Below are positions 11,795 to 24,893 of a stretch of 64,000 nt of DNA, piece after piece. The stretch is from the NCBI GenBank assembly GCA_965603825.1, contig CBFDEM010000009.1, forward strand, positions 434,001-498,000. The letters are read 5' to 3'. The first letter of the stretch is position 1. Each line of letters starts with the position of its first letter. A program made the position numbers and the translations under genes. Under the pieces are notes generated by a model. The model saw only the letters and a program-made list of their open reading frames with translations. It was not told the origin of the DNA and did no database searches. This DNA is from Blepharisma stoltei ATCC 30299 (Eukaryota > Protista > Ciliophora).

Positions 11795-12730
11795 ATGTCA
11801 GATCTTTTCTGTGTCAAATTAGAAGGAACAGTTCTGCTCAAGCTAATCCAGCACTGTCAAGATACTGACTCCACCGCAATAGGCCAGCTCATTGGTCTTG
11901 AATCTTCGAATTCTCTTGAAGTCACAAATTGTTTTTCTCTCCCATCCAATTCTTCTATTGGCCCACAAGAACTCGAAGAATACAGTAAAAAAATGTGTGA
12001 GCAGCTTAAAGACTTATTCTTCGAAAACTCAGTTATAGGATGGTACCAAAGATCAGACGAAGGTGCATTTTTAGATATAAGCTCGATTGAATATCAATAC
12101 AATATGCAGATTGAAATCCCTAACGCCGTCATGGTGGTTTACGACCCAGTTATATTTGTTTCTGGCGGATTTCCACTCAAGGCATACCGTCTCACCCAGG
12201 AATTCCTTGATTTTTTCAGTGAAGAAGAGTTCACAACTCAGCGAGCCGCAGCCTTAAAAGTGGACTCCACAAAGGTTTTTTCTGAAATTCCTTTGCGGAT
12301 TGAAAACAGTATGTTGACAAACGCATTTTTAGCTCAATACGCCCCAGATCCTTATGAAGTCGCAGACAAGGACTGCTATGAGCCTTTTATTAAAAAGCAT
12401 TTAGAAGCTTTATACCAAGGATTAGACGAATTAGTAGAAAGACAGCAAAAACAGTATGGGTATGCTAAAGCTGTGCAGAGACAAAAACAGCAGCAAAAAG
12501 CACATGAGGCGCAAAGAGCTGCAGAAAACAAAAAAAGAGAAGAAAGAGGAGAACCACTGTTGGAGTTGACTGAAGGCACAGGGTCACTGTATAGGATGAT
12601 TCCACCACCAAGCAGGCTTGAAAGCTTGTTAGTTTCACAACAGCTGAACAGCCTGAGTGAAGAATTACAAGAATTCTGCGGCGAATCACAAGCAAAAGTA
12701 GATCTTTTAATGTCTTTGAGCCAGAAATAA
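11795..12730 (+). CDS. EIF3H: Translation initiation factor 3 subunit H (MPN domain)
   Basis: VLLKLIQHC, GQLIGL, LEVTNCF, VIGWYQ, VYDP, LKAYRLT, ENKKREERGEP.L, PSRLESLL. The likely start is ATG 11795 rather than the upstream TTG. Confidence 0.92.
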   Translation: MSDLFCVKLEGTVLLKLIQHCQDTDSTAIGQLIGLESSNSLEVTNCFSLPSNSSIGPQELEEYSKKMCEQLKDLFFENSVIGWYQRSDEGAFLDISSIEYQYNMQIEIPNAVMVVYDPVIFVSGGFPLKAYRLTQEFLDFFSEEEFTTQRAAALKVDSTKVFSEIPLRIENSMLTNAFLAQYAPDPYEVADKDCYEPFIKKHLEALYQGLDELVERQQKQYGYAKAVQRQKQQQKAHEAQRAAENKKREERGEPLLELTEGTGSLYRMIPPPSRLESLLVSQQLNSLSEELQEFCGESQAKVDLLMSLSQK

Positions 12731-12759
12731 TAAATATTACCAATTTCATTAAAATTATC

Positions 12760-13473
12760 TTAAAAATGCATATCTTTCATAGTTTTCACTGAAATCTTGG
12801 ATTTCTTATGCAGCTCTTGGCTGCATAATAATACTGGGGTATAAGATCGACCTTTTTTTAAATGCAAAGAAATTTTTTCTCATTCTGTAGGGAATTCTTT
12901 TGAATAAAAACTGTCGTTGAGGTAACTTAGAGTAATTGGCTCAGGTTTTAAGCAGGATCCTATAGAAGTTGATGGCCTTGTGCTAGGAGGCTGACTGTCA
13001 GTATTAAAATGCACTCTTTTGGTTGGCGAGCAAGAGCCTGGCCTTATTTTCATTATTGATAAGTTTGGCTGAGGCTTAAAATGGGTAGTTGGGGATTTTG
13101 GCTCAAAGCTTGCTGTGTGCTTTTTCCGTAAAATGAGGGAATATTCTGGAGTTTTTGGCCTTGGGGTTTCATTAGAAAAATTCAGGGTAATTGGCCGTGG
13201 AGCAGTGTCTGATTTAAATGTGGCTTGAAGATAAGGAGACGGAGGAATTGTTTGGCAGCTGCGTCTAGATCTTGTAGAGGTTTTCAACTCAAATGGTTGA
13301 ATAACAGTAGGTTTTCAATTGGAGCAGATGGATTCTTTTAAAGCTTTTAGAATTGATTTATAATCGTCAAGTTTTACATCTAAAGGCTTTTTCATAGAAT
13401 TTCTAAGTATATTATTCCTTGAATTTATTTCTTCATCTCTTGTATGATTTCTAGCCTGAGAGTAAATTTTCAT
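12760..13473 (-). CDS. Hypothetical Ser/Pro/Thr-rich protein (237 aa)
   Basis: Open from ATG 13473 to TAA 12760 when two TGA are read as Trp. Confidence 0.65.
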
Positions 13474-13494
13474 TATAAAAAGTTATTAATCTTA

Positions 13495-13749
13495 TTAGTT
13501 TATCAAATTTTCTTCTGTTTTCATTGTATAGAAGTCGATTGGACTCATAACCTGAGCTTCAGTTGCTACATCATTGTAAGTTGAAAGGATATCAAAGCTT
13601 GAAACACTGTAACAAAGAGAGATATCAAGGTCTGGATATTGCACTGGAGTATCAAAAAAATCATCAAACTGCAAAAACCGGCTTGCAGACTTTGAAGGAG
13701 AGCTGTGGAGAGGGAGAATGCTTGGCTCATCTTCGACTGTATCTTGCAT
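13495..13749 (-). CDS. Small acidic hypothetical protein (84 aa)
   Basis: ATG-to-TAA ORF with coding-like composition between AT-rich spacers. Confidence 0.5.
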   Translation of the reverse strand: MQDTVEDEPSILPLHSSPSKSASRFLQFDDFFDTPVQYPDLDISLCYSVSSFDILSTYNDVATEAQVMSPIDFYTMKTEENLIN

Positions 13750-14115
13750 AATATCTTTATAAGTAAGTTAATATGGAGTAAAGTTATGCAAAAATAATTT
13801 TTGAGGTGAAATAAACTAGGAGAAAGAGATCATAAATAATTTGGAAGTTATTGATAAATATTATTTTTTATAATTAAATATAGAATTTTAGGATATATAA
13901 TATCTGTTGAGTTTTAGGTGCATATTATCATTATTGAACTGTTTTTAGTCATATTTTGTTTTATATAAATTATATTGAGCGAAATTTTTATAAGATGAAG
14001 GTGATGATAGCCAAAAATTTATAAGACAATTATTGTAAAAAATAACCTTATCATCAATTTCTTTTTGCTTTGTGCGTGGTCAGGGTCGTTATTTGCAATT
14101 AGAAATGATTAAGAC

Positions 14116-15555
14116 TTAATTATTGCTAAGAAAATTAATTCTGGATATAACCCTTTTGGCCTGGGATTCCTCTAAATAATTATGTATTGTATCTTTAAGC
14201 TTCCCAGAAAGCTTCTTAGGAGTCCAATCTTTCACAATCTCGAAAATACGCTCATTGATCCCTTCCCCATTTTTTGGTTTGACTTCATACTTTTGCTCGC
14301 CCTCATAATTTTCTATATCAAAAGGATCGTCACATTTCGGTACCTTTGTAGGTGAATCTGTGCTCTTACTCTTCGTCAGCACCGTATCCAATATATCTGT
14401 GCTAGTCATATCAGTGACTACTTCTCCAGGCATAAATACAGCTTCCCCTTTATGCGTCTTTACTACCAATTTTTCATCTGCAGTTGGCAAAACAAGCTGC
14501 TCTTCTGTGTATTTTTTTTTTCTCTCAACCCTGAAATTTTTAATAGCACTTGAGGCCATATCTCTTGACTGCATTTTAGAAAGCTCTGCAGGCGAAATTT
14601 CTCCTTTAAGTATATCGAACCTAAAATCAGGGTTTTTTTCATCACAAAGATTAAAAAGCAAGGACCTTACCTTTCCTTTATAAGCCTGTGAATTAGCATT
14701 ACTGCCAGTAGAATAATAAATTGATGCTTCTATCTCCATCGCTTTTTTTTCCAGCTCTTGCAAAGAATAATCTATCCCCAGCCCTCTATTTTCTTCTATT
14801 GACAAATAAAGCGCACACACAATTTTTGAATCAAGCTGGTGCCTTATTTTTTCTTCACTACTCAATGATGACTGCAGAGCCATAAAATTTAGATGGACGT
14901 TCCACACATTTTGTTGTAGCCTTTCGCGTCCTTCTTCAGTCAAACTCTGATACTTATCAGCATCTAGAGGCAAGCTGCTATTATCAATATTCCTACTTTT
15001 AGCTACCATTGTGGTCTTTATCTGTTTTTTTGGTGACTCAGGCACATTTTCTTCAATTCTTTGTCTTTTAAAAATATATGAGCAGTCAGGGCAGGAATTT
15101 GTATCAGTTAAACACAAGGAGTGAAAAATTTGGTTGCATTTTTGACAGATTATGTATGGCATGTCTGGGTTTAAAGGCTGCCGGCATAGGCAAACTGAAG
15201 GAAGAGTTGAGGGGTTGAAAAGCTTGGAATTTTTGTCGTAGGTCTGGCGGATTAGGATTCCTTTAGAGCCAGGGTAGTCTTTTAGTGTACAAATAGGCAG
15301 GATTTCTTGGACTGAGGATTGGGAAATTTCAAAGAAATTGCTAGTGCGGTATAGTTCGCGGTCACCAAAGTAAATGTGACGAGAAACTAGGTAAGGTTTA
15401 CCTTTGATGTCTTCGGGGCGAAGGAGCTCCATGCATCTTATAGTGTTGTCTTTGGTGTCGTAGACTTCGGCAATTACTGGGTTGGAATGGGAATCTAGAA
15501 ATTTAATTGCTTTACCTTTGAGCCCACTTTCCATTATGATATGGATTATTGTCAT
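14116..15555 (-). CDS. Chromatin/transcription protein: BAH-like + PHD finger + TFIIS central domain
   Basis: RPEDI...FGDRELY (BAH-like); CLCRQPLNPD..C..C...FH..C....C..C (PHD); YKGKVRSLLFNLCDEKNP...M.SRDMAS (TFIIS_M). The exact start is uncertain. Confidence 0.8.
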   Translation of the reverse strand: MTIIHIIMESGLKGKAIKFLDSHSNPVIAEVYDTKDNTIRCMELLRPEDIKGKPYLVSRHIYFGDRELYRTSNFFEISQSSVQEILPICTLKDYPGSKGILIRQTYDKNSKLFNPSTLPSVCLCRQPLNPDMPYIICQKCNQIFHSLCLTDTNSCPDCSYIFKRQRIEENVPESPKKQIKTTMVAKSRNIDNSSLPLDADKYQSLTEEGRERLQQNVWNVHLNFMALQSSLSSEEKIRHQLDSKIVCALYLSIEENRGLGIDYSLQELEKKAMEIEASIYYSTGSNANSQAYKGKVRSLLFNLCDEKNPDFRFDILKGEISPAELSKMQSRDMASSAIKNFRVERKKKYTEEQLVLPTADEKLVVKTHKGEAVFMPGEVVTDMTSTDILDTVLTKSKSTDSPTKVPKCDDPFDIENYEGEQKYEVKPKNGEGINERIFEIVKDWTPKKLSGKLKDTIHNYLEESQAKRVISRINFLSNN

Positions 15556-16132
15556 ATGTTTTTGGGGATTAATTTTATATGGATTATCTAGATAAAAGTG
15601 TATTGGGTGGATGAAAAATAGATTATGAATTGAGAATTAGTGAGGTTTGTTAGAGAATTATATTTATTCGATAAATCATTATTTTATATGCTAGAAAGCA
15701 AATGTTTATTACTTTAATAGCATTAAGATTAATTAGAGTAATGATATATATTATAATATACTAATATCAATAATACTACTAGTCTATTAAATATCTCTTT
15801 AAGTCTGTCACGTCTTAAAAATGCTCTTATTTTATTAAATTAAAGAACTTTTGCATGCCAAAACTTAATAAATTGACCTTAAATTTCACAACTATAAGCC
15901 TTCAAAGAAAATTTATTTACCAAAATCAATTTTAATTTAAATCAAAAAAGATGGTTTGCAAATTATTTTGTTAATACAGCAATAAATTTCTTTATACTTT
16001 CTATCCATTATTTCACTTGAAGCTATTTCAACATAAATAATTCTTATTCCTTGAATTTTTAAATTTTTTAAATGATCATACCACCGAAATAAATTTATTT
16101 CAGAATTAATTAAAATTATTCAAACTATTTAA

Positions 16133-16894
16133 ATGGCAGCAACTGTGTGCTGTATGAGTACAAAACTTTGATGGGGACTAAGCATCGCATTTCTTTTAAT
16201 GATAATGGCTCTAGAGCTTGCTACTTTAGGTGCTACTAGATGGTTTACTCAAGGAAATGAGCCAGAAACTGATTGGGAGGGAGGGTTGCTTGGCCCAACT
16301 CCTGATTCAAACTACTTTTCAGACTCATTACCTTATTCAAATCGGTGGGATCGCTGTAATGATGGCTCAACAAATGACCAAGACGGGCTTTGTGAAATGT
16401 GGCATAGCCTTTGGGCTGGAGGAGTAATATATATCCTTTTTGAAACTATTTCACTATTTTTTATATCAGCCACTATTTTTGTGCTTCTTTTGGATATTTG
16501 CAGAGGGACAAGAGAAATTTGGCTGTCTGTGGTGTTTTACTGGAACGTTTTAGCGTGGCATTTTTTCGCATTAGTGATTTGGTCAGGTCTTTCAATGATG
16601 TACTTTGACGAAAACTGTGACAGCGTCACATGGAATCATGGACAAAGCCAAGCTAGAGTGTGTGGAAAAGAAGGTCCAGCGATTGCATTGGCTTGTGTTT
16701 TGTTTATTCCTTTTACTGCAACTCTTCATACTGTGGTTTATCTAGTTGCTAAGAAAAAGCAGCTTAAAGAGGCAGATGAGTATGATTTAAAGGTAACCAA
16801 AGGACAAGAAACTGATCGGATGGCTTCTGACAATAGGCTAGAGGAAGAAAATGAACAGTTCCATCACCATCACCACAAAGGTACTAGAGCTTAA
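16133..16894 (+). CDS. Four-TM claudin/PMP22-like membrane protein with His-rich tail
   Basis: Four hydrophobic segments, W-x-GGL and Cys pairs in the loops. The ORF extends 5' through a TGA to ATG 16133. Distantly paralogous to the genes at 24.9-29.2 kb. Confidence 0.75.
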
Positions 16895-17252
16895 TATTTA
16901 CACTTAAGATTAAAGTATCCGAATATTTGGAATTTATTAATCCAAATTAGGGAAAATGGCATATATATTCTTTTCACTTATTAGAAAAATCTGTATGGCA
17001 TCAATACTTCGCAGCCTTTAAAAATTGTGCTAGCAAAAATTCAAAATGAACAGAAATCTTATTTCCAATAGAGGTCTAAATATTTTATATTGTTCCTAGA
17101 TTATTTATTAGACTGATTTTCAACTACATTTCATCATATTTTATAATAAAAATCGTCAAGAATATTCTTTTCTGCAGTTTATATAAAAATTCTATTATTT
17201 TTGTACACTTTATTCCTCATTATAATTTTTACCTGCCACTACCCATATAAAT

Positions 17253-20200
17253 ATGACTAAAGTCCTCTTACTGTGCCTTTCTACATGAGTTTTTTCCTTA
17301 GAAATAAGCCTAATCCCTCCTACCGGAGTTCCTCCTCCAAACTCAGTGCTAGGCCACATGGTATATGACACTACAAATAATCAGCTTATTCAGTTTGGAG
17401 GAATGCAGACTGGCGGATCTTATTTAAATGACCTTGCCTCCTTCAATTTATCCCAAAAAAGATGAAGCCTAATTTCCCCTTATGTTTCGACTGTTCCAGA
17501 TGAAAGAGCGGCTGGAGCGTTATTTTATCATCAAAAATCCCAAAAATTACTTTTATATGGCGGAAGAACCCGTGCAGGCCCAGCTGGTGATTTCTGGAGC
17601 TACGATCTAAATGAAAACAGCTGAGAAAAGCTTGATAAGAATGGAGACGACCCAGGGGCTAGAGGATATATTGTTTTAACAACTTATACTAGAAATGGAA
17701 GCACCTCTTTTGCTATATTTGGTGGACTAAGCTCGACTGGTGTTGATAATTCCCTTTATATGTAAAATCTATGCAGACTGGACGGAGAAAGCCTTTTTTG
17801 AAGCAAAAAGCCAAATTCTGGAAATAGTCCACAGCCTCAAGAAAGCTCAGGAATTGCATATTATAAAGATAAACTTTATGTATGAGGCGGTCTCAGCAGA
17901 TTTTCTACAATAATTCATGATACAGCTCTTTATGAATATGATTTAGCAAAAGAAGAATGAAAAAAAATTGAAATTAATGGGAAAAAGCCAGGAGGGAGGT
18001 TTGAACATTTTTTATGTTTTGTAGAGGATTATTTATATGTGTATTTAGGGGTGGATTTTGAGACTGGGCTGACTATTTTTGATATATGAAAAATAAATTT
18101 AATTAGTCTTGATACTTGAATAGAAGTAAATTTTAAAGACCCAAGCTCAACAGCTACAGGAAGCGGCTCTTTAACTTTCGTTTCCTCAGTCCTCTGATCA
18201 TTTGCAGGCTACTCTGATACTGGTATCAATAACTCTATAATTTCTCTTGAGTTTTCATTGGAAACTCCTATAATAAACCTAATTTCTCCAGAAATGACAG
18301 GACCGACAGCAAGAATGTTTCATTCTTTACAGACAATCCAAACAAACCTGTGGGTCTTTGGAGGGATTGATAATGATAAAAACTACCTTAACGAGATGTG
18401 AAAATTTGATATTTTGGCAAGTGATTGAAGCATTATGAACCCTACTGGGGATATTCCATCAGTAAGGGCAAAACATGCAAGCTGTGCTATTGCTGATACA
18501 CTGACGATATTTGGAGGGGAAAATTCTTCAGGCTATTTAAGTGATATGTATGAATATACAGTCCTTTCAAACACTTGGAAAACAGTCCTATACGGCTCTG
18601 ATATAAAACCAGTAGGAAGAGCTGGAGCTTGTATGGCAATCGCTGATAGTACAATCTATATCTTCGGCGGGCTAGTTGTAGGAGGGTATTCTAATGAATT
18701 ATGGCAATTTAATACAATTGATAACACCTTTACACTGCTTGACGATGGTCTTTCTGAAAGAGTCCCAAAACTTGCATACTCAAAATGCTTTATGAGGAAT
18801 ATAGACTCTAATTATTATTTTTATATCACAACAGGGGAAGGAGAAGACGAATATCCAAACTCTAAAATCCACAGATATGATATATCTGGCCAAGAATGGC
18901 TTCCTGTGCTTGATAAAGGCTACGGGTACTTTTCTCTTGCACAGGCTGCTGTTGTAAATATTGATAATTATATAATCGTAATAGGTGGCGAACAATGGAA
19001 TTTTAAAGCTTTTGACACTATTTATATGGTAGATTTAGACGTAAATCCTCCAAATCATACCTTAATTGGCCATTTAGAAGAAGCCATCTATGCTACAGAG
19101 GTCACTTATTTCCAAAACTCTATCTATTTATTCGGCGGAGGAGATACGCTTTCTTCTCTAGTCCAGAATTTTATAGCAAAAAGATTTTTATTTAAAACTT
19201 CTATTGAGAAAACTGATGATCTTTCTTGGTCTTGTAGTAATGGGACATATGGAGATAACTGTGATTTATGCCCTGAAGGGTATTATTCTGATACTTTTGG
19301 AGCAGAAACGTGTAAGGCTTGTCCTAAAGGGACTTATAACAAATTTTCAGCGGCAAGAACCTTAGTGAGTGCTATCCTTGTAAATATGACAGTTATGCAG
19401 AAAATGAAGGGACTGATATATGTGATAGCTGCCCTGCCAGCTATTTTTGTCCTGTAGGGTCTATTTCTCCATTAGATATTCAAGATAAAAAAAGCTTTGA
19501 GCAGTCTCAGCCTGATCTTTATAGTTCAGATTCCAGTTTAGGCTCAGCTGATATAAATATTATTGAGTATTCTATCATTTCTGTAATCTGTGGGATCACA
19601 GTCCTTTCACTTTTCCATAAATCAGCTAGAAGTTCTTTATATAAATATGATGGATACAGTACAAATCATGAAACAGAAGAGGGGCAGCCTGTAATTAAAA
19701 GGAGAACTGCAATCGGAGGATTTTTTTCTATCATTTTTTCTTTAATATGCCTTTTATTTGTATCAATAGGAGTTCTGCAATATATTACAAATAATATTGT
19801 TGAAAATAAAAATTTAGTTACACTTGAGTCACTAGAAAACAAGTACGGGCCATTTCCAGGAGATATAAATATTGAAATTACTTTATACTATTATGGTGGG
19901 CAGTGCGTAGATTCCGACTTAAGCTGCACAAATGATTTAAGCTACACTTTTAAGGATATTACAGGAGAAATAAGTCAGCCAAGCTGCGTATTAGACGACA
20001 AAGACTGTATAGTCTCATTTAAATGCAAAAATTGTGACTTAGGTGTAGGCGCTTTAATCACAGTAAAATTGCTCGAGCCTCAAAGCTATGCAAGCTATAT
20101 TTCAGTTAAAGTCTCCTCTACGTCTTCAATTCCTAATGAAATCAGCATGGTAAAAACCTATTTATCCCCACCCTCTACCTTACTTATATTTCGAGGTCTA

Positions 20201-20722
20201 AATCCTTCAAAATTCACATTTACAATGACACCTTCATTGTTTTTGTCAGAAATTTCTGATTGGCCTGCAAAGGCAACAGGCTACTACGTATCTTTGCCTT
20301 TTTCTCCAGAGGTAGGAGACACACTTACAGTAGAAGAGTAATTGTTATTTAGAATAAATTTTGAGCATGGAGTAGTGGTAACTGTATTTCCAGATATAAG
20401 TGGCATGGTGCTTGTTACTACAAGGGAATATGAACAGACGTTATTTGTACTTTTTGGGACTTTATTAGGGTCAATTTTTGGGCTATTGCAAACTGGCGGA
20501 CTTGTGATGTCAAAGTTTGAGGATGGCTATAATTATGTCGTGAACAAAATTAAAGAAAAACTAAATTTTGAGATGTTTGGGCGAAATATGGAGAGGCTAA
20601 GAACAATATTTGGAAATTCAACTCTTGTAGGGGAATTTACAACAGCAGAGCTGACAGTTGGAGATGTGACTATGGATCTTAAAGATAGAGAAATTAAAAT
20701 AACACAGAGTGTTATTTTATAA
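17253..20722 (+). CDS. Signal peptide + Kelch repeats + Cys-rich (CPxG; GCC2/TNFR-like) repeats + TM segments; surface receptor-like; introns 17762-17776 and 20338-20352; apparent 1-nt frameshift near 19360
   Basis: Repeated FGG/YGG...W Kelch motifs, many with W encoded by TGA. CPEGYYS..C.ACPKGTY continues in the -1 frame as ECYPC...CPASYFCP. Confidence 0.8.
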
Positions 20723-20804
20723 ATAAATCATTTTTATCAAAATTATAAATATTATGTAATAAATTTCTTTATTTATTAAAATTTTACACAATTTATCTTA
20801 AAAT

Positions 20805-22736
20805 TTAAAAAATTTCACATTTCAAACTTCCTTTTCCACAAACCCTTCCTCCTTCTTGCATTATTACTTGTTTTGGCCCTTCTACATTTCCATTAATATT
20901 ATGCTTTATTTCTTCAGGATTATCCAAAAATGTTACTAATTCTTTGGATCCTTCTCCAATCAGCATAGCTCCTTGTGTATTATCTCCAATAATTGTTTTT
21001 TTAATAAGGACTTTGAATTTAGCAATGGTAACTCCATATCCTTTATTCATAGAAATATCATTATTAGACAAAACTACAGTCCCTCTCAAGTTTTCCGGAG
21101 CTATCTGGTCCTTTCCTTTTACATGTGAGATCTGATCTCTCGACTGCATTAAATAAACCCCATTATGGTAATTTTCTGAAATTTTGCATTGATCAATCTC
21201 AATTCCGCCTTGATAAAAGTCAAGGACAGTCACTCCATTTTCTCCATTTCCAAAAATTTTGCATTTTTTTATTTCTAAATTTGTCTCAATTTCAGCTTCT
21301 TTATTGGAGCTCCCAACTACCATTATCCCTCCCAAGCTGTTTCTAAACATTTCATTATTATCAAAAATCCCGCCAGCTTCATATAGGTAAATGCCATAGC
21401 CTCCGCAAGAGTCAAAACATCTATTAAGCATGACTGTAATTTGTGATTCTTGGCTCAATTTATATACTTTTTGAAGCCACAGCCCACTTCCTTGGCTTCA
21501 GCTGAAATCGTTAGAGGATATAAATAAGTCTTGGAGGGCCAGATGGCGGATTGCTAAGCCTTCTTTTGAAGACTGCTCAATTTTATTTTTTTCAATATTT
21601 ACTATGGAAGGAAAGTGAGAAACTTGTTCGCTTCATATGCTAATTCCATAGGCTCCAGAATTTTTTATATCATTTCCTTCAATTCTTATATTTCTTGACT
21701 GAATTTCTCTTGAACTTGTAAGTGACGGAGACCGTGAACCTGTTTTCCCAAAGCTTGAATTCGGTATAACTCTTATCTCAACCGAGTTTTTCTGACAATT
21801 TTGTATGACACTTTCATATAGTTCAAAAACAACTGGGTTTAATATACTGACTCCATTGCCAAAGCAATTATTTATATGCGTTTTTTCGATGTGAATTGAC
21901 GAGTTTATGCCGCCTTTAATAACCTCATGAAAATTGCTGATATTACAAGACTTTATAATAAGAGAACTGTTATATCTAAGGTCAATCCTTGTGGCGTGCC
22001 TCTTAAAAGAAATTCCATTAGCCCAGAAACAAATGTCTTGGAGCTCTTCTGAGGAGTCTTCAACTGCAGAAACTATAGGCTTTTCTAGGTGATTTATACT
22101 TTTAATTTCACAGTCACGAACTTCTAGGCTTGTATTGGGAGAGTCCATAATAAAAAGTGCAGGAGGGGACGTGCCTGATGGGTCAATTTTGCCGTTTAGG
22201 TTGAAAATTATGGATAGCTCGCACATTAAAGCGGTTTCTGGGAGGGAAGAAATCATACTTTCTTTGGAATGGCTGCTGAAATCGACTACAATTGAACCGT
22301 TCACGATTTCTAAAGAACAGCCTGGAGTGCCTTTGATAGTGATAGGGGAGGTAATCAAAAGACCGTTTAGGCTAATATTTTGGGCTGGCAATGTAATTAA
22401 AGCTCCTGGGGCGGCTTTTCTTATGACTTCTTGAAGTCTTAAAGCAACATCATTCTCATCCTGAAAGCTTAAACGGCTTAAATCAATATCTTGCAGCCCA
22501 ATAGAAAAAAGCTGCTCTATAGTCCGAAATGAGTCTTGAGAAATTGCTCTTGAAATTTCCATGCTTGGCCGAGATATTGAGGGCTGGAATTTTCCTGAAA
22601 TGGAAAATTGAGATCGGTTACTCATTGATTCTTCTTTAAGATGCAGGTCATTTGTATTGTGGTAAAAAGTGTTTTTAAGGATTTTACGCTCGATGTTTGA
22701 TAGATTAATCTCTTTGTGTAAGGAATCACTTGACAT
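20805..22736 (-). CDS. Right-handed parallel beta-helix repeat protein
   Basis: Repeating I..N...GI/GV motifs. Two ORFs are joined by TGA-Trp at 21633 and a second near 21500. Start uncertain. Confidence 0.75.
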
Positions 22737-24893
22737 AATAAATATGAGTTTTTTAAGGATGAAGGTCAGTGAATTAGAATAAAAATTAGGAATCATATGC
22801 ATGAATAAAAATTCAATTTTTAGAGATTAATTGAATTTTGAAGGGATATTATTTTAGCTGAATTAGAAATTTGCTTGCATAATAGGATAATTTAAATGTA
22901 ATAAGTTTTTTAGCTTATGCTAAAAGAAAAGGTATACCTAACTGTTTAATATTTTTTCAAAAACTCATAAATACCCAAATATCAGCATAAGTATTTTCTT
23001 TAAAATTTAGATTCTTGATAATAAAATGGTTGGATTTTGAATGGAAAATTGTTTTATTATTATTTTAGGATGTTTTTGGTGAAATTAATAAACTTTCTAT
23101 AAAGATTGATGAGATTTTAAAAGTATTAATTAATTTCAATGACAAGAAAGCCAAAAAATATATTAAAAAGTCTTGTTGAGCCCACTTATTGATCAATGTA
23201 AAATACTAATAAATTTTATTCAATTTTTCTAAAATAAAATACAACAAAACGCTCCAAGGAAAATTCAAAATAAAAAATTTTAAATTTTCAAAAACAAAAT
23301 GATAAAGTAAATTTACGCAAAAATAAAAATTTAATAGAAATAAATAAATTCTAATAGCTAAATATTAAGATAAATTTAGAATAATGAGAATTGAAGCAAA
23401 TAAAAGTAACTTATAAGAATAAGAGAAATTATAATGGAAAGAGAGAAAAAGCTTCATTCGATAAAAAAATTGAATTTATCTTATTGATAGCTTGAAAAAT
23501 TTTTAAATAGTGAAATAAAAATAAGAAATAGGAAAATTTGCCTATGCAGATATATTAAAGCTGCTTCTTGTAAAATATAATCTATTAGTCAATTAATTAA
23601 AATAAAAATATATTTTTTTTTGATAAATTTAAGAAAAAAGTTCGATAAAAATAAGCAGCTTCTTAATAACCATTTTTCCATTTCATGCTAATATGACATA
23701 AAATAAAAAATTTGAAAGAATTATATTGAAGCAAATCCTTTTATTTTTATATTTACTCAGTGATTCATCTAACGCTCAAAACATATAACCAGTCTGGCTT
23801 GGGCTCTTTTGTAGTAATACTTATAAAAATTGCTAATTTAACTCCAAATTGATTCCTTAGTGAAGCAGTCTATATTAAAATTGTAGCTTAAGCCATTTTT
23901 TATTCTTTCATTAAACAAATTTAACATCTTTTGGCCTTATGGCTTTTACTATACTGCTCTTCATCTCTATGTTAAATTTTTGAGACAAGTAGATTGTTTG
24001 ATATTGCTGCTCATGATATTTTTAATATTTAGTAAATTATGCAATTTGAATTCAAAACAGCTGTAATGTTTGTTATTTATTATATTACATTGAGGACATT
24101 TAGTAATATTGCAATATACCATTTAATTATATCTATTTTTCTCGTTTTTGTGTAATTGGAAAATTCTATTAGAAAGAGAAAGAAGCCTTAGTAGTAAAGG
24201 AATTTGAGCCAATTTTATAAAAAGATAAGTAAAAACTTAGCAGATAGTGAGCCTAAATAACAAACAGAAAACTTGCTTTTGCAAAACTATTTAATATAAA
24301 GTCTAAATTTAATAAGAAAGCTTGCATACTTGAAATGCAATCTTTTATCCAATTTAATTGTAAATAAATGACTATTTTAGCTAAATTTCAAGTAAAAAGG
24401 TTGCATTGAATATGCAGCTTACAAATAACTATAGTTTCATTTCCAGCTAATATAACTTAAATAAAAATGTTTGAAGGATTATATTTGGCGCAAACCCTTG
24501 TCATCTTTATTTGTTTTAGTGACTATCAAGTCTTTATTCCTTTAAATCTATACGAATGAAATAAATAATAATTGTCTTTATCAGCTCTCAAATTGGATAA
24601 AAATCTTACAGCATAAATATTAGTTCTATGGTTTTTCTTAAGAAATATTAATCAAATTTTTACCATGTTTTCATATGCTGATTAGTTATTAATAATTATT
24701 CTACGATTTTCTCATAAGTTTAGATTGAAAAATATGCCTAGAGGGAAACCATAAATTTATCCAAAAAAGATCAAAATTCGATTTAATCATTATCGCCGAG
24801 ATTTATGGATTTTTCTACCGATAAGTGGGAAATTTAAAATTAATTCATTCTAAGGTCTTTTTAATTGCAAAAAAACTGGCCAATAAATAATAA

